Part shown: one piece after another, positions 55,329-63,113 of the stretch
Position numbering within the stretch: the first letter of the stretch is position 1
Layout of the letters: each line of letters starts with the position of its first letter
IMG/VR virus record: IMGVR_UViG_3300022699_000302
Coordinates: 1-64,000 of that record
Origin: a virus
DNA: 64,000 nucleotides
Direction: 5' to 3' (one strand)
The notes under the pieces: model-generated
What the model was told of the DNA's origin: nothing
What the model saw: only the letters and a program-made list of their open reading frames with translations
Database searches by the model: none
Translations under genes and position numbers: made by a program

Positions 55329-56699
55329 AACAGCGTCACCCAGCAGATGAAGCTCAAAAAGGACCCGAACCGGAAGTCTACGGATAGTGATAAACTCCGT
55401 GACCCCGCCGAGGAGAACATGGGCGTGGAAGAAGCCAAGACCGGCAAAGAGAAGGTTCGTGAGAGCCTGAAAGAGCTGCATCAGATAATGTCGGATAAAG
55501 AGAAGCCGGAGCGATTCACATCCGCTACCCGTACCGCCTTGAAAGAACAAGGCAAGAAGCTGGATACCCGAGGGATCGAGAACATGTCGGGAGTATCTCC
55601 TACCGCTAAGGAAAAGCTGGCTCAAACCCAGAACACCTTAGCCCCTGTTCTTCGTGATGTCGGTCGGTATGCTCCTCTTGGTGCTGCCGGGGGTGCTGCC
55701 CTTGGTGCGATGAGTGCTGGTGAGGGTGAGAACAAAGGACAGAAGGCCCTACAGTTCGGAGCGATGGGCGCTCTTGGCGCCGGAGCCCTGGGTGGTTTGA
55801 CCGGCGAGGGGATTAAGCCCTTGCTCCAGAAAGGCAAGGATGTTGTCGAAGCTCCGGCGGCTAGGGCTCAGGCTCAGCAGGCCCAGGAAAAAGCTGTAGG
55901 ACAGGTAGCCAAGAAGAAAGACTTTAGTCGTGTTAAACCCAAGACTGTGCCGGGTAAGCCGCTGACTCAAAAAGGCGTCCAGTCGGCTCAGACCTTGAAG
56001 AAGAAACAGAAGACCCAGTCGGCCCTCAATGCTCGCCGACGTGTGAAAGGATTGCCCGTGAAAGCCGCTGAGAAACTTGCTGATGCGATGCAAGCGATTC
56101 GCTCTGCGATGAGGAACCCGGCTGCTGCAGGAGCGGCCGGCGGTTTAGCTGGTGCCGGTATTGGCGCTGGTGTTGGAGCCCTAACTGCAGGTAAAGATGA
56201 AGAAGGGAAGAAAAGACGAGGTCGAGGCGCTCTGCGTGGTGCTCTTGCTGGTGCTGGCCTGGGCACTGCTGCTGGTGCTGGAGGGGGGCTCTTAGCCCGC
56301 CGCATGGGCAAGTCTCGCCTGGGACGTGAAAACTTGAGAGCGGTGGCGCGAGGAGCGGATACCGGTAAAGCCAAGGCCACGGAAACTGCGGGCAAGGCTA
56401 AGACCAAGCTGAAGGAGCAGAAGGAAAAAATCCAGCAGGCTATCAAGCGGAGACAGGCTGAGGGTCAGGTCAAATCAACTCAGCACGACTACGCTCGTCG
56501 TAAACAAGATCCTGTTACCGGTTCTGGTCCTTCGATAGATAAGGCCAGGGCAGAGGCTGCACGCAAGGGCGAGGCCGAGAAGATCACAGAGAGCGTGACC
56601 GGCCAGAAGTCGAAGCCCGAACCCAAGCCCAAGAAGAAAAAGCGGTGGGGTAAGCGTCGGCCCAAACTCAAACTTCGTGGTGAGCGCAAGGGCAGGTAA
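55326..56699 (+). CDS. Basic glycine-zipper virion-type protein
   Basis: Two GxxxG-rich helical hairpins; KAAEKLA motif. Confidence 0.7.
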   Translation: MNSVTQQMKLKKDPNRKSTDSDKLRDPAEENMGVEEAKTGKEKVRESLKELHQIMSDKEKPERFTSATRTALKEQGKKLDTRGIENMSGVSPTAKEKLAQTQNTLAPVLRDVGRYAPLGAAGGAALGAMSAGEGENKGQKALQFGAMGALGAGALGGLTGEGIKPLLQKGKDVVEAPAARAQAQQAQEKAVGQVAKKKDFSRVKPKTVPGKPLTQKGVQSAQTLKKKQKTQSALNARRRVKGLPVKAAEKLADAMQAIRSAMRNPAAAGAAGGLAGAGIGAGVGALTAGKDEEGKKRRGRGALRGALAGAGLGTAAGAGGGLLARRMGKSRLGRENLRAVARGADTGKAKATETAGKAKTKLKEQKEKIQQAIKRRQAEGQVKSTQHDYARRKQDPVTGSGPSIDKARAEAARKGEAEKITESVTGQKSKPEPKPKKKKRWGKRRPKLKLRGERKGR

Positions 56700-57229
56700 T
56701 GCCTCAACAACATCAAGCCATAGACCCGAATCTTTTAGCTGATATGCCGCCGGAGCGGGCACGTCAGCTCGTTGTCGCTATCCTGAAGATGCAGGCGGTG
56801 ATGAAAGCCCGCATGGAACAGGAAGCGATGCGCCAGCAGGCCATGCAGGGTCAGCTCGAGCGCGCCATGATCAAGGAACGAATGATGAACAAAACATCAG
56901 CACAGAACTGGCTCAAACTCACTAGTGAAGCCCTGGAAGAAGGCATCAAAGAAGCTGCCGGCGATCCTATCGGAGGCGCTATCGGTGCTGGCCTGCTCAA
57001 CGCATTGCGTGGCGGACTCGGTGGGGCCGGCACAGGTGCTACTATTGGCGGGGCTGCTGGGCTTCTGGGTAAGCCTCAGGGCGATGAATCTCAGCTCGAT
57101 CTGATCTTGCGTCGTATGAAGAAAGGTTTGCTGCTTGGTGGCGGCATCGGTGCCGGCGTCGGCGGTCTTAGTGGTGCGGCTGGTGGTGCCGCGACAGGTA
57201 ACCCGTTTTTCCCCGTGAACGTGGAATAG
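56699..57229 (+). CDS. Glycine-zipper protein
   Basis: KTSA..KEAAG then Gly-zipper hairpin. Confidence 0.72.
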   Translation: MPQQHQAIDPNLLADMPPERARQLVVAILKMQAVMKARMEQEAMRQQAMQGQLERAMIKERMMNKTSAQNWLKLTSEALEEGIKEAAGDPIGGAIGAGLLNALRGGLGGAGTGATIGGAAGLLGKPQGDESQLDLILRRMKKGLLLGGGIGAGVGGLSGAAGGAATGNPFFPVNVE

Positions 57230-57234
57230 CCTTA

Positions 57235-57612
57235 ATGGACAAGTCAGCAGCTGAGATGTGGTTCGATCTCGCCAGTTCTGCCTTTGAGGAAGCGGTGAAA
57301 GAAGCCGGCCCTCTCGGGGCAGGGCTCGGTGCGTATGAAGGTGCTGCTCATCTCGGTCTTGGTAGTGCTTTGGGTGGGGGTGCTCTCGGCGGGTTAGCCG
57401 GGGTCATGGGTGTGCCGGATCGCGAGAAAGGCGAGACCCGCTGGGACCTGATCAAGAAGCGTCTGGGTAAAGGCTTGTTGTACGGAGGAGCTGCCGGTGC
57501 CGGGGTCGGTGCTGGCGCCGGCGGATACGCCGGTCATACCATGGAAGAAGGCGCGAATAAGCTTCTCAGCGGTTTGAGGAACAAGATTCAGATCACACCC
57601 GGTAATGTCTAA
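57235..57612 (+). CDS. Glycine-zipper protein (paralog of previous)
   Basis: KSAAEMW..EEAVKEAG..DLIKKRLGKGLLYGG aligns with 56699..57229. Confidence 0.72.
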   Translation: MDKSAAEMWFDLASSAFEEAVKEAGPLGAGLGAYEGAAHLGLGSALGGGALGGLAGVMGVPDREKGETRWDLIKKRLGKGLLYGGAAGAGVGAGAGGYAGHTMEEGANKLLSGLRNKIQITPGNV

Positions 57613-58982
57613 TGAAGAAGCTCGGACTCACATCTGATGCGGCTATTGCTCTAGGGTCCCCTGTCGGAGGAGCTCTCCTTGGCGGGGGTGCTGGTGTGGG
57701 CCTGACCCATCTCTACAACAAGCTGTTGAAGCCGCAGGACCCCGAAGCCGAACCTGAGGACATGACAGAACAGGCCAACAAGGCACGCCTGTTACGGGGT
57801 GCGGGCCTTGGTGCAACCGCCGGCGGATTAGCGGGCTTACTCCCTGCTGTTGGTCTGATGGCTAAAGGTGGGGCTGCCGGGTCCACCATGATGGACGACC
57901 GTAATGATCATCACGATCAAATTCCCGGCGGTCTCGCCGATAAGAAGAAACCCGGCGACTTCAGTAAGGAACAGATCCGCAAGGGCATCAAGGTCGAGAT
58001 GGAACACACCGACGATCGGTCTAAAGCTCGTGAGATCGCCATGGACCACCTGACCGAGGACCCGAAGTACTACGACAAGCTCGAGACTATTGAGCCACAC
58101 CACAAAGAAGATGGAGATAAGAAGGCGGGAGATCCCAATATTAGGTCCGGCGATCCCTACCGAGCTCATGGCCAGCATACCCATCGCCGTAACGGCGGTC
58201 GTCCCCCCAAGGACAAGAAGAATTATATTCAAGAGCGGATCAAAGGTGCCGCCAAAGAAGATGCCCCGAATTACCGTAAGTCTGAGTCAGCGGCGATCTG
58301 TGGTAACTGTGCATTCAGCAAAAAAGCATTTTGCACCCGTTACTACTTCAAAGTCAAAGAAGACTGGACTTGTGATGCTTGGGCTGAGGAGAGCGACAAC
58401 AAAACAGCCGCTCAATACGGAGTAAACCCGATCCATGACGCTGTGGATGCCGTTGGGCAGAAAGGTGGGGTGATCCCTGCTGCGCTTTCAGCCCTGGTTC
58501 GAGGCCTGCAGGGTACCGGGAGAGTTGCCGGCAAAGGGATTAAAGCTGTGGGACGAGGAGCTCGACGTATGTTCCCCGAAGTTGAGGAAGCTAAGATGCA
58601 AAGAGGCAAGTACGGACATCGAGTCAAACAGGCCTACTCGGGCCAGAAGATGCTGCAGATGATGGACTCGGAGTATGCTCACGAGCCCTACACTCATTCA
58701 TTCGATGTGTTGAGCACGCCGGAGAAAGCGAACCACTTGCCGATGACTCTGGGTGGTGGTGTGCTGGGTGGTTTAGGAGGACTGGCCGCTACGATGAACC
58801 GTGGTGGTGCAGGCGCAGGACGCTGGGCAACGCCCCTTCTCGGAGGAGGCTTAGGGGCGTTGCTCGGCGGCGGTCTCGGCTACCTGACCAGCCGGTCGAC
58901 CCACGGAGCGGATCTCGAGCGTAAGAAGGATTTCCAGAACGCGGTAAGAGAGGCGATGGGCAGTGGAGAGCAAGGCGTATAA
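57612..58982 (+). CDS. Mosaic glycine-zipper protein with DUF5661-like and 4-Cys modules
   Basis: GIKVEMEHT..IAMDHL.EDPKYY (DUF5661-like); CGNC..C..WTCDAW; Gly zippers at both ends. Confidence 0.65.
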   Translation: MKKLGLTSDAAIALGSPVGGALLGGGAGVGLTHLYNKLLKPQDPEAEPEDMTEQANKARLLRGAGLGATAGGLAGLLPAVGLMAKGGAAGSTMMDDRNDHHDQIPGGLADKKKPGDFSKEQIRKGIKVEMEHTDDRSKAREIAMDHLTEDPKYYDKLETIEPHHKEDGDKKAGDPNIRSGDPYRAHGQHTHRRNGGRPPKDKKNYIQERIKGAAKEDAPNYRKSESAAICGNCAFSKKAFCTRYYFKVKEDWTCDAWAEESDNKTAAQYGVNPIHDAVDAVGQKGGVIPAALSALVRGLQGTGRVAGKGIKAVGRGARRMFPEVEEAKMQRGKYGHRVKQAYSGQKMLQMMDSEYAHEPYTHSFDVLSTPEKANHLPMTLGGGVLGGLGGLAATMNRGGAGAGRWATPLLGGGLGALLGGGLGYLTSRSTHGADLERKKDFQNAVREAMGSGEQGV

Positions 58983-58984
58983 AC

Positions 58985-59007
58985 TTGGTTTCGTCGGATG
59001 CAACCAA
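58985..59007 (+). promoter_or_regulatory. 23-bp dyad element, copy 7
   Basis: TTGGTTTCGTCGGATGCAACCAA after stop at 58982; TAAACT overlaps left edge. Confidence 0.75.
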
Positions 59008-59025
59008 GATCCCAGGGAGATAGGA

Positions 59026-59277
59026 ATGACCAAAGAGACAGAGAAGGTCAAAAAGCCTGAAATCGAGCCCAAAGACATTTCACATGAGCTGTGGCGAGAA
59101 TACGAATTCGAGGGCAGGGTATACCGCATCGACGCGCCCAAGGAGCTCTATGTCGGTAAAACCACTCATCGTGTTGTCGATTCCGAGGGAGTTGCACATT
59201 GTTGCCCCGCACCCGGGCAGAGTGGTTGTGTGGTCCGCTGGAAGAACCCCGATGGGGAGCCCCCTGTTAATTTTTAG
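59026..59277 (+). CDS. Small conserved-looking phage protein (start MTKETE)
   Basis: GGGAGATAGGA RBS; REYEF..YRI..P..THRVVD.EG..H..P..RW. Confidence 0.65.
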   Translation: MTKETEKVKKPEIEPKDISHELWREYEFEGRVYRIDAPKELYVGKTTHRVVDSEGVAHCCPAPGQSGCVVRWKNPDGEPPVNF

Positions 59278-59344
59278 TTGACTCGCAGTGGTTGACGCGG
59301 AACAATGCCGGTAGGGGCGAGAGTCCTTGTCCGGCATTGTGCTG

Positions 59345-59373
59345 TTCAAGCCTTTACGCTCCCCGCGTATACT
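59345..59373 (+). promoter_or_regulatory. Sigma70-like promoter
   Basis: TTCAAG-N17-TATACT upstream of ATG 59405. Confidence 0.5.
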
Positions 59374-59404
59374 CTCGCCCCTCTACTCTTTTAGTTGAGA
59401 TATT

Positions 59405-59593
59405 ATGCCGAAGCGGAAGCCCGAAACCATGATCAAGGCTCTGTTGAAGAATCCGCAGAAGCCGGCAACCCGTAAGCAATTGGCAGAAGCTCTGCAGCAC
59501 ATGCTCGATATCCGCGAACAGATGACCCAGTTGTCAGTCGGCGGAAGTTCTGATCGTGTTGCTTTGGACGTGATCAACGGCTACTACAAGTAA
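59405..59593 (+). CDS. Hypothetical protein
   Basis: 62 aa after promoter. Confidence 0.6.
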   Translation: MPKRKPETMIKALLKNPQKPATRKQLAEALQHMLDIREQMTQLSVGGSSDRVALDVINGYYK

Positions 59594-59606
59594 CCCAGGA
59601 GATGCT

Positions 59607-60149
59607 ATGTATTTGAATTTGCTGTCGATTTTTAATGGATCGAGTCCCGGTAATGTTTCCACCGGAGGAATCCCCTGGGGAACCGATTGCGGCGGATATA
59701 CCTCTTGTGAGGTTACAAGTACCCCTCCTGTCCAAATCGAAGTGACTTCGTCGTCTGACTCGGCTGAATGGACCCCTACCTTGGGAGAGTCGTTTAAGCA
59801 CTCGAGTCGAGGATCCGCAACTATTCTTGATGCGATCATAGATGCAATGAATCTGGAATATGAGCCCAATACGGTGATGGACGGCGGGGACATCAGCGAG
59901 TACGTCAACATCTACGGGAGTACGACCATTGATATCTGGGAGTACACGCTTCCCCGAGGACAGATCGTTCCTGATCTCTACACGCTTCGTAAGAAGGTCC
60001 GTGAGTCAGTACGGGAGTATCTCGAGGATGTCCCGGCTATTCGTAACTCCACGTTTTGCTGGACCGCATCAGTCAAAGACATTCCTCACCCCACCGGGGA
60101 AGGGTATGGCTACAAGATCTATATCGGATTCTCGCATTTGCCGAGGTAG
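59607..60149 (+). CDS. Hypothetical protein
   Basis: 180 aa, CAGGAG RBS. Confidence 0.68.
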   Translation: MYLNLLSIFNGSSPGNVSTGGIPWGTDCGGYTSCEVTSTPPVQIEVTSSSDSAEWTPTLGESFKHSSRGSATILDAIIDAMNLEYEPNTVMDGGDISEYVNIYGSTTIDIWEYTLPRGQIVPDLYTLRKKVRESVREYLEDVPAIRNSTFCWTASVKDIPHPTGEGYGYKIYIGFSHLPR

Positions 60150-60151
60150 GT

Positions 60152-60544
60152 ATGACCCGACTGAATCGATTCCTTCCGCCGTTCTTAGTCTTGTTGTTCA
60201 TCGGCGGGGTTGTGGCGAGTTATTTCACCGGTCCGAATCTTCTCCAGGATAGCCCAGGATCGACGTCAGAGCCCTTAGGGGCCCCTGGTATAGAGAAGGG
60301 GGTAGAGATCGTCGATATTGACGTTTCTGGTAGCTTGTTCCACCTCAAGTCGGACACTATGGGAGACATGTACGTCGACGAGATTCGATGGCCCTGGGTC
60401 AAACTCCGAAGAGAACACAAGCATATTCCCGGCACCTATTGGGTCAATTGGAACGAGGTCTCGCACTACCGCACAGCCGGTATGAAAGGTCACGACCGAG
60501 AGGTCGAGCGGAAAGACAGCCGGCACAGCCATACAGAAGAATGA
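60152..60544 (+). CDS. Membrane-anchored protein (N-terminal TM)
   Basis: GAGGTAGG RBS before ATG 60152; FLVLLFIGGVVASYF. Confidence 0.65.
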   Translation: MTRLNRFLPPFLVLLFIGGVVASYFTGPNLLQDSPGSTSEPLGAPGIEKGVEIVDIDVSGSLFHLKSDTMGDMYVDEIRWPWVKLRREHKHIPGTYWVNWNEVSHYRTAGMKGHDREVERKDSRHSHTEE

Positions 60545-61107
60545 CACAGACCAAACTCGAGTGGAAATTGATCTACTCCGTTGTCGTCGCCGGCAAGAAT
60601 GCCAGGTTTGCCGAAGCGGTGATGGCTAAGCTCTTTGAGAAAAACGGGGCGGCGCCGCTGGATCAAGTCAGGTCCTGGGCCGATATCGATAAGCATCTTC
60701 GCAAAGCACGAAGCGGCAACTACAACAAGATCGCTAGATGTCTGGCACAGCTCATCAAGGACTGCCCCGACCTCGCCACCTGCGAACCACATGAGCTGGA
60801 GAAGTTTTACGGCATCGGACCCAAGACATCCCGCTTCTTCATTTTGTGGACCCGGCCACAGGCCAGATATGCCGCGTTAGATGTCCACATCTTGCGCTGG
60901 ATGTCAAACCAGGGCTACAACGTCCCCAAAGCAACACCTCAATCCATGAAGCGTTACAGGGCCATTGAGGAGCTTTTTCTGAAAGAGGCGGATGCCCGAG
61001 GCGTGCCGCCGGCAAAACTGGACTGGGCTATCTGGGTCGAGGGATCGGGATGGCCTGAGCGGAACGAAGAGACGGCGCTGTTGGTGCAGCCGTTGAATCT
61101 GAAGTAA
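60541..61107 (+). CDS. HhH-GPD superfamily DNA glycosylase-like protein
   Basis: LEKFYGIGPKTSRFFIL helix-hairpin-helix and AALDVHILRW catalytic-Asp motif; ATGA-coupled start 60541. Confidence 0.8.
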   Translation: MTQTKLEWKLIYSVVVAGKNARFAEAVMAKLFEKNGAAPLDQVRSWADIDKHLRKARSGNYNKIARCLAQLIKDCPDLATCEPHELEKFYGIGPKTSRFFILWTRPQARYAALDVHILRWMSNQGYNVPKATPQSMKRYRAIEELFLKEADARGVPPAKLDWAIWVEGSGWPERNEETALLVQPLNLK

Positions 61108-61129
61108 AAGAAAAGCCCCCGGAGGGGCT
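61105..61129. terminator. Terminator between convergent genes
   Basis: TAAAAGAAA-AGCCCC-CGGA-GGGGCT. Confidence 0.75.
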
Positions 61130-61475
61130 AGTCTTTGTACTCCAAGTTGATCCGGTATTCGGCTACTTTTATCGCCTTCCATCCCACTAGGAGAATAGCC
61201 ACTGTACCAATCGAGAATATAGCGAGCACGATGGCTGTTGCTACGGTCTCGGGGATTCTGGGAAACCCTACGGTCATCACTACGAGGGACCCAAGGGGCC
61301 ACACACCGATGCCGCAGACCAGGGTACTCATCATGATCCTGTCCCACTTAACTTCTTTTCGCTTTGCCTCCTTTAGGAGTTTTTTCTCCTCCTCAGTTCT
61401 CTCTTTCTCTTTTCTCGGTAAATCAGCTGTCGTCGACAAACCAGCTGCCGCGAGCAATAGCAATAGAGTTTCCAT
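61128..61475 (-). CDS. Small membrane protein
   Basis: AGGAGGT RBS; 2-3 hydrophobic helices. Confidence 0.7.
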   Translation of the reverse strand: METLLLLLAAAGLSTTADLPRKEKERTEEEKKLLKEAKRKEVKWDRIMMSTLVCGIGVWPLGSLVVMTVGFPRIPETVATAIVLAIFSIGTVAILLVGWKAIKVAEYRINLEYKD

Positions 61476-61512
61476 ACCAACCTCCTGAGTATTTGTAAGT
61501 TCTGCTCTATAG

Positions 61513-61521
61513 TCTTAGGCC
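61513..61521 (-). promoter_or_regulatory. GGCCTAAGA promoter-like motif (GGCCTAAGACTATAGAG)
   Basis: Right after a terminator; first G 46 bp upstream of ATG 61475; same 17-mer as at 41942..41958. Confidence 0.65.
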
Positions 61522-61531
61522 GTATCTGGAG

Positions 61532-61557
61532 TAAAAAGAAAAGCCCCCGAAGGGGCT
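61532..61557 (-). terminator. Intrinsic terminator
   Basis: AGCCCC-TTCG-GGGGCT-TTTCTTTTTA on minus strand. Confidence 0.85.
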
Positions 61558-61837
61558 AATCTTTCGTTGCGTTCAGCCACCGGCCGAGCTTCTCGTGCAG
61601 GAGTTGCAACTCGTCGGGATCAAGCACACTGAACTCGAGGAACTTCTTGCCGGTGTCAGGATCGACCTGCAGCTCCTTCTCGAAATCAGTGCTATTGTCA
61701 AAGTAGATCTTCGCCTGAACACCAACAGTTCCGTCGAGCGGACTTCCAGAGCCCCGCTCATAGCTCTCGAATCCGACCTCATTGCCGAATTCATCACCGA
61801 TGTTCACGGTTTCGTTGATTACTTCTGATACCTTCAC
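61556..61837 (-). CDS. Hypothetical protein
   Basis: GGGAGGT RBS before GTG 61837. Confidence 0.65.
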   Translation of the reverse strand: MKVSEVINETVNIGDEFGNEVGFESYERGSGSPLDGTVGVQAKIYFDNSTDFEKELQVDPDTGKKFLEFSVLDPDELQLLHEKLGRWLNATKD

Positions 61838-61839
61838 GA

Positions 61840-62022
61840 CTAACCTCCCTTTGCTTTGCCCGTGGCGATCATGATGCCGTAGCATCCCTCTTCCTGGCAG
61901 GTGGGCATGTCGCCGGGCTCTACCTCACCTGCCCTGATCCACCGCTTTGCACCGCATTCGATGCACTTGGCTTCAGCTTTCGTCCTGTTTGCCCCCTTGG
62001 GCTTCTTCGGTTTTGCCATCAC
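61840..62022 (-). CDS. Small zinc-ribbon protein
   Basis: CIEC..CQEEGC. Confidence 0.6.
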   Translation of the reverse strand: MMAKPKKPKGANRTKAEAKCIECGAKRWIRAGEVEPGDMPTCQEEGCYGIMIATGKAKGG

Positions 62023-62204
62023 TCTTCCTTTTTGCAGTTGGTGATCTCAGCGTAGTAGGCCTCCAGTTGGCCGTTCTGCTTCTCCAGGGCATCGGGGCCC
62101 ATGTTCTCGGCGATGATTTTAGCCGCTGTCTCGTTGTCGGCCTCGACCTCAACATCGCCGGCGTACACGGTGGTGACCGCGAAGCTGACTCGGTATTTCG
62201 GCAT
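62019..62204 (-). CDS. Hypothetical protein
   Basis: GAGGAGG RBS, TAATG coupling. Confidence 0.65.
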   Translation of the reverse strand: MPKYRVSFAVTTVYAGDVEVEADNETAAKIIAENMGPDALEKQNGQLEAYYAEITNCKKEE

Positions 62205-62515
62205 TATTCCTCCTCGTGAAGTTTCTTGGTTGCATCTAATAGCTCCTCAGGAGCTATATGGACGCCTTTCTCGCCGAGTTTGAAAACTGTCTCGTTCACC
62301 AGTCGGGCCGCGTTGTCTATGATCCGATTCCTTTCCGTTTCGATGCCCAGCTCCAGCATCTCAATCAGGAACGCGGCCTTTTGCTGTCGTTGTTCGCGGC
62401 TTCCATAAGAGCAGCAACGGGCGCACCCCATGCTGGAAGTGGGAACTACACAGGTGCAGTTCTCTCGACACGGGTTGCCGTAGGTACAGGGGCACGATCG
62501 GTTAAGCTCCGCCAT
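62204..62515 (-). CDS. Cys-rich small protein
   Basis: CPC..PC..CTC..GCARCCSYG. Confidence 0.65.
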   Translation of the reverse strand: MAELNRSCPCTYGNPCRENCTCVVPTSSMGCARCCSYGSREQRQQKAAFLIEMLELGIETERNRIIDNAARLVNETVFKLGEKGVHIAPEELLDATKKLHEEE

Positions 62516-62684
62516 AGGTTCTCCTCGCCATTTCGATCAAGATCTCGAGCTGGTCCTCTGTGACCTCCCGAACCGTCATGTCGGGGGTAGGCGCCACCAG
62601 CCATGATTCAGACGGGAAGCGGTGGGCGAGGTCAGAGTCAGCGCCCATGGCGGCCTGCAGGAGCACACATCCCGGCCGCTTCAA
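62502..62684 (-). CDS. Hypothetical protein (5' end anomalous)
   Basis: 60 aa TTG-start ORF preceded by an 8-codon ORF that has the strong RBS. Confidence 0.5.
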   Translation of the reverse strand: MKRPGCVLLQAAMGADSDLAHRFPSESWLVAPTPDMTVREVTEDQLEILIEMARRTYGGA

Positions 62685-62703
62685 CGTAGTTCGTATGCAA
62701 TCT

Positions 62704-63105
62704 TCATTGCCCTCCTTCTCTCAAGTATTTTCTGATCGGTTCCCAGAGCAAATCCTCTTCGTAGAGGATACCAGTAGAGTGTTTGAGACAAAATTTGAGG
62801 CAGTCGAGCCAGTAGAGGGTCTGCAGGGCGCTGCAGCGCTCTGTCTCTGCCCGGATCGAGCCGATAGAGGCTCCTTTTTCCAAGTCTTTCAATGTGAATC
62901 CGAGAGGGCTCCACGATGTAATTCTCAGCATCTTGTCGTTCAAGCGGGTATAAATCGTCTCGGTATCCTTCTTCATGAAGGGAAACCAGATATTGAGGTG
63001 ATAGCCCTTCCCTATATGACGTAGGTAGGCGGCAGCCTCGGTTATATCTGGCTCGTTGATGTCCCGGAGGATTTGCCATCCCCGGTAGTCTCGTAGGCCT
63101 TCCAT
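62704..63105 (-). CDS. Hypothetical protein
   Basis: 133 aa, GGAGGA RBS. Confidence 0.68.
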   Translation of the reverse strand: MEGLRDYRGWQILRDINEPDITEAAAYLRHIGKGYHLNIWFPFMKKDTETIYTRLNDKMLRITSWSPLGFTLKDLEKGASIGSIRAETERCSALQTLYWLDCLKFCLKHSTGILYEEDLLWEPIRKYLREGGQ

Positions 63106-63113
63106 GTGTCCTC

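Noticed and set aside
58963-59025. N-terminal extension MESKAYKLGFVGCNQ of the 104-aa ORF
   Set aside because: It overlaps the previous gene and runs through the dyad; the RBS supports ATG 59026
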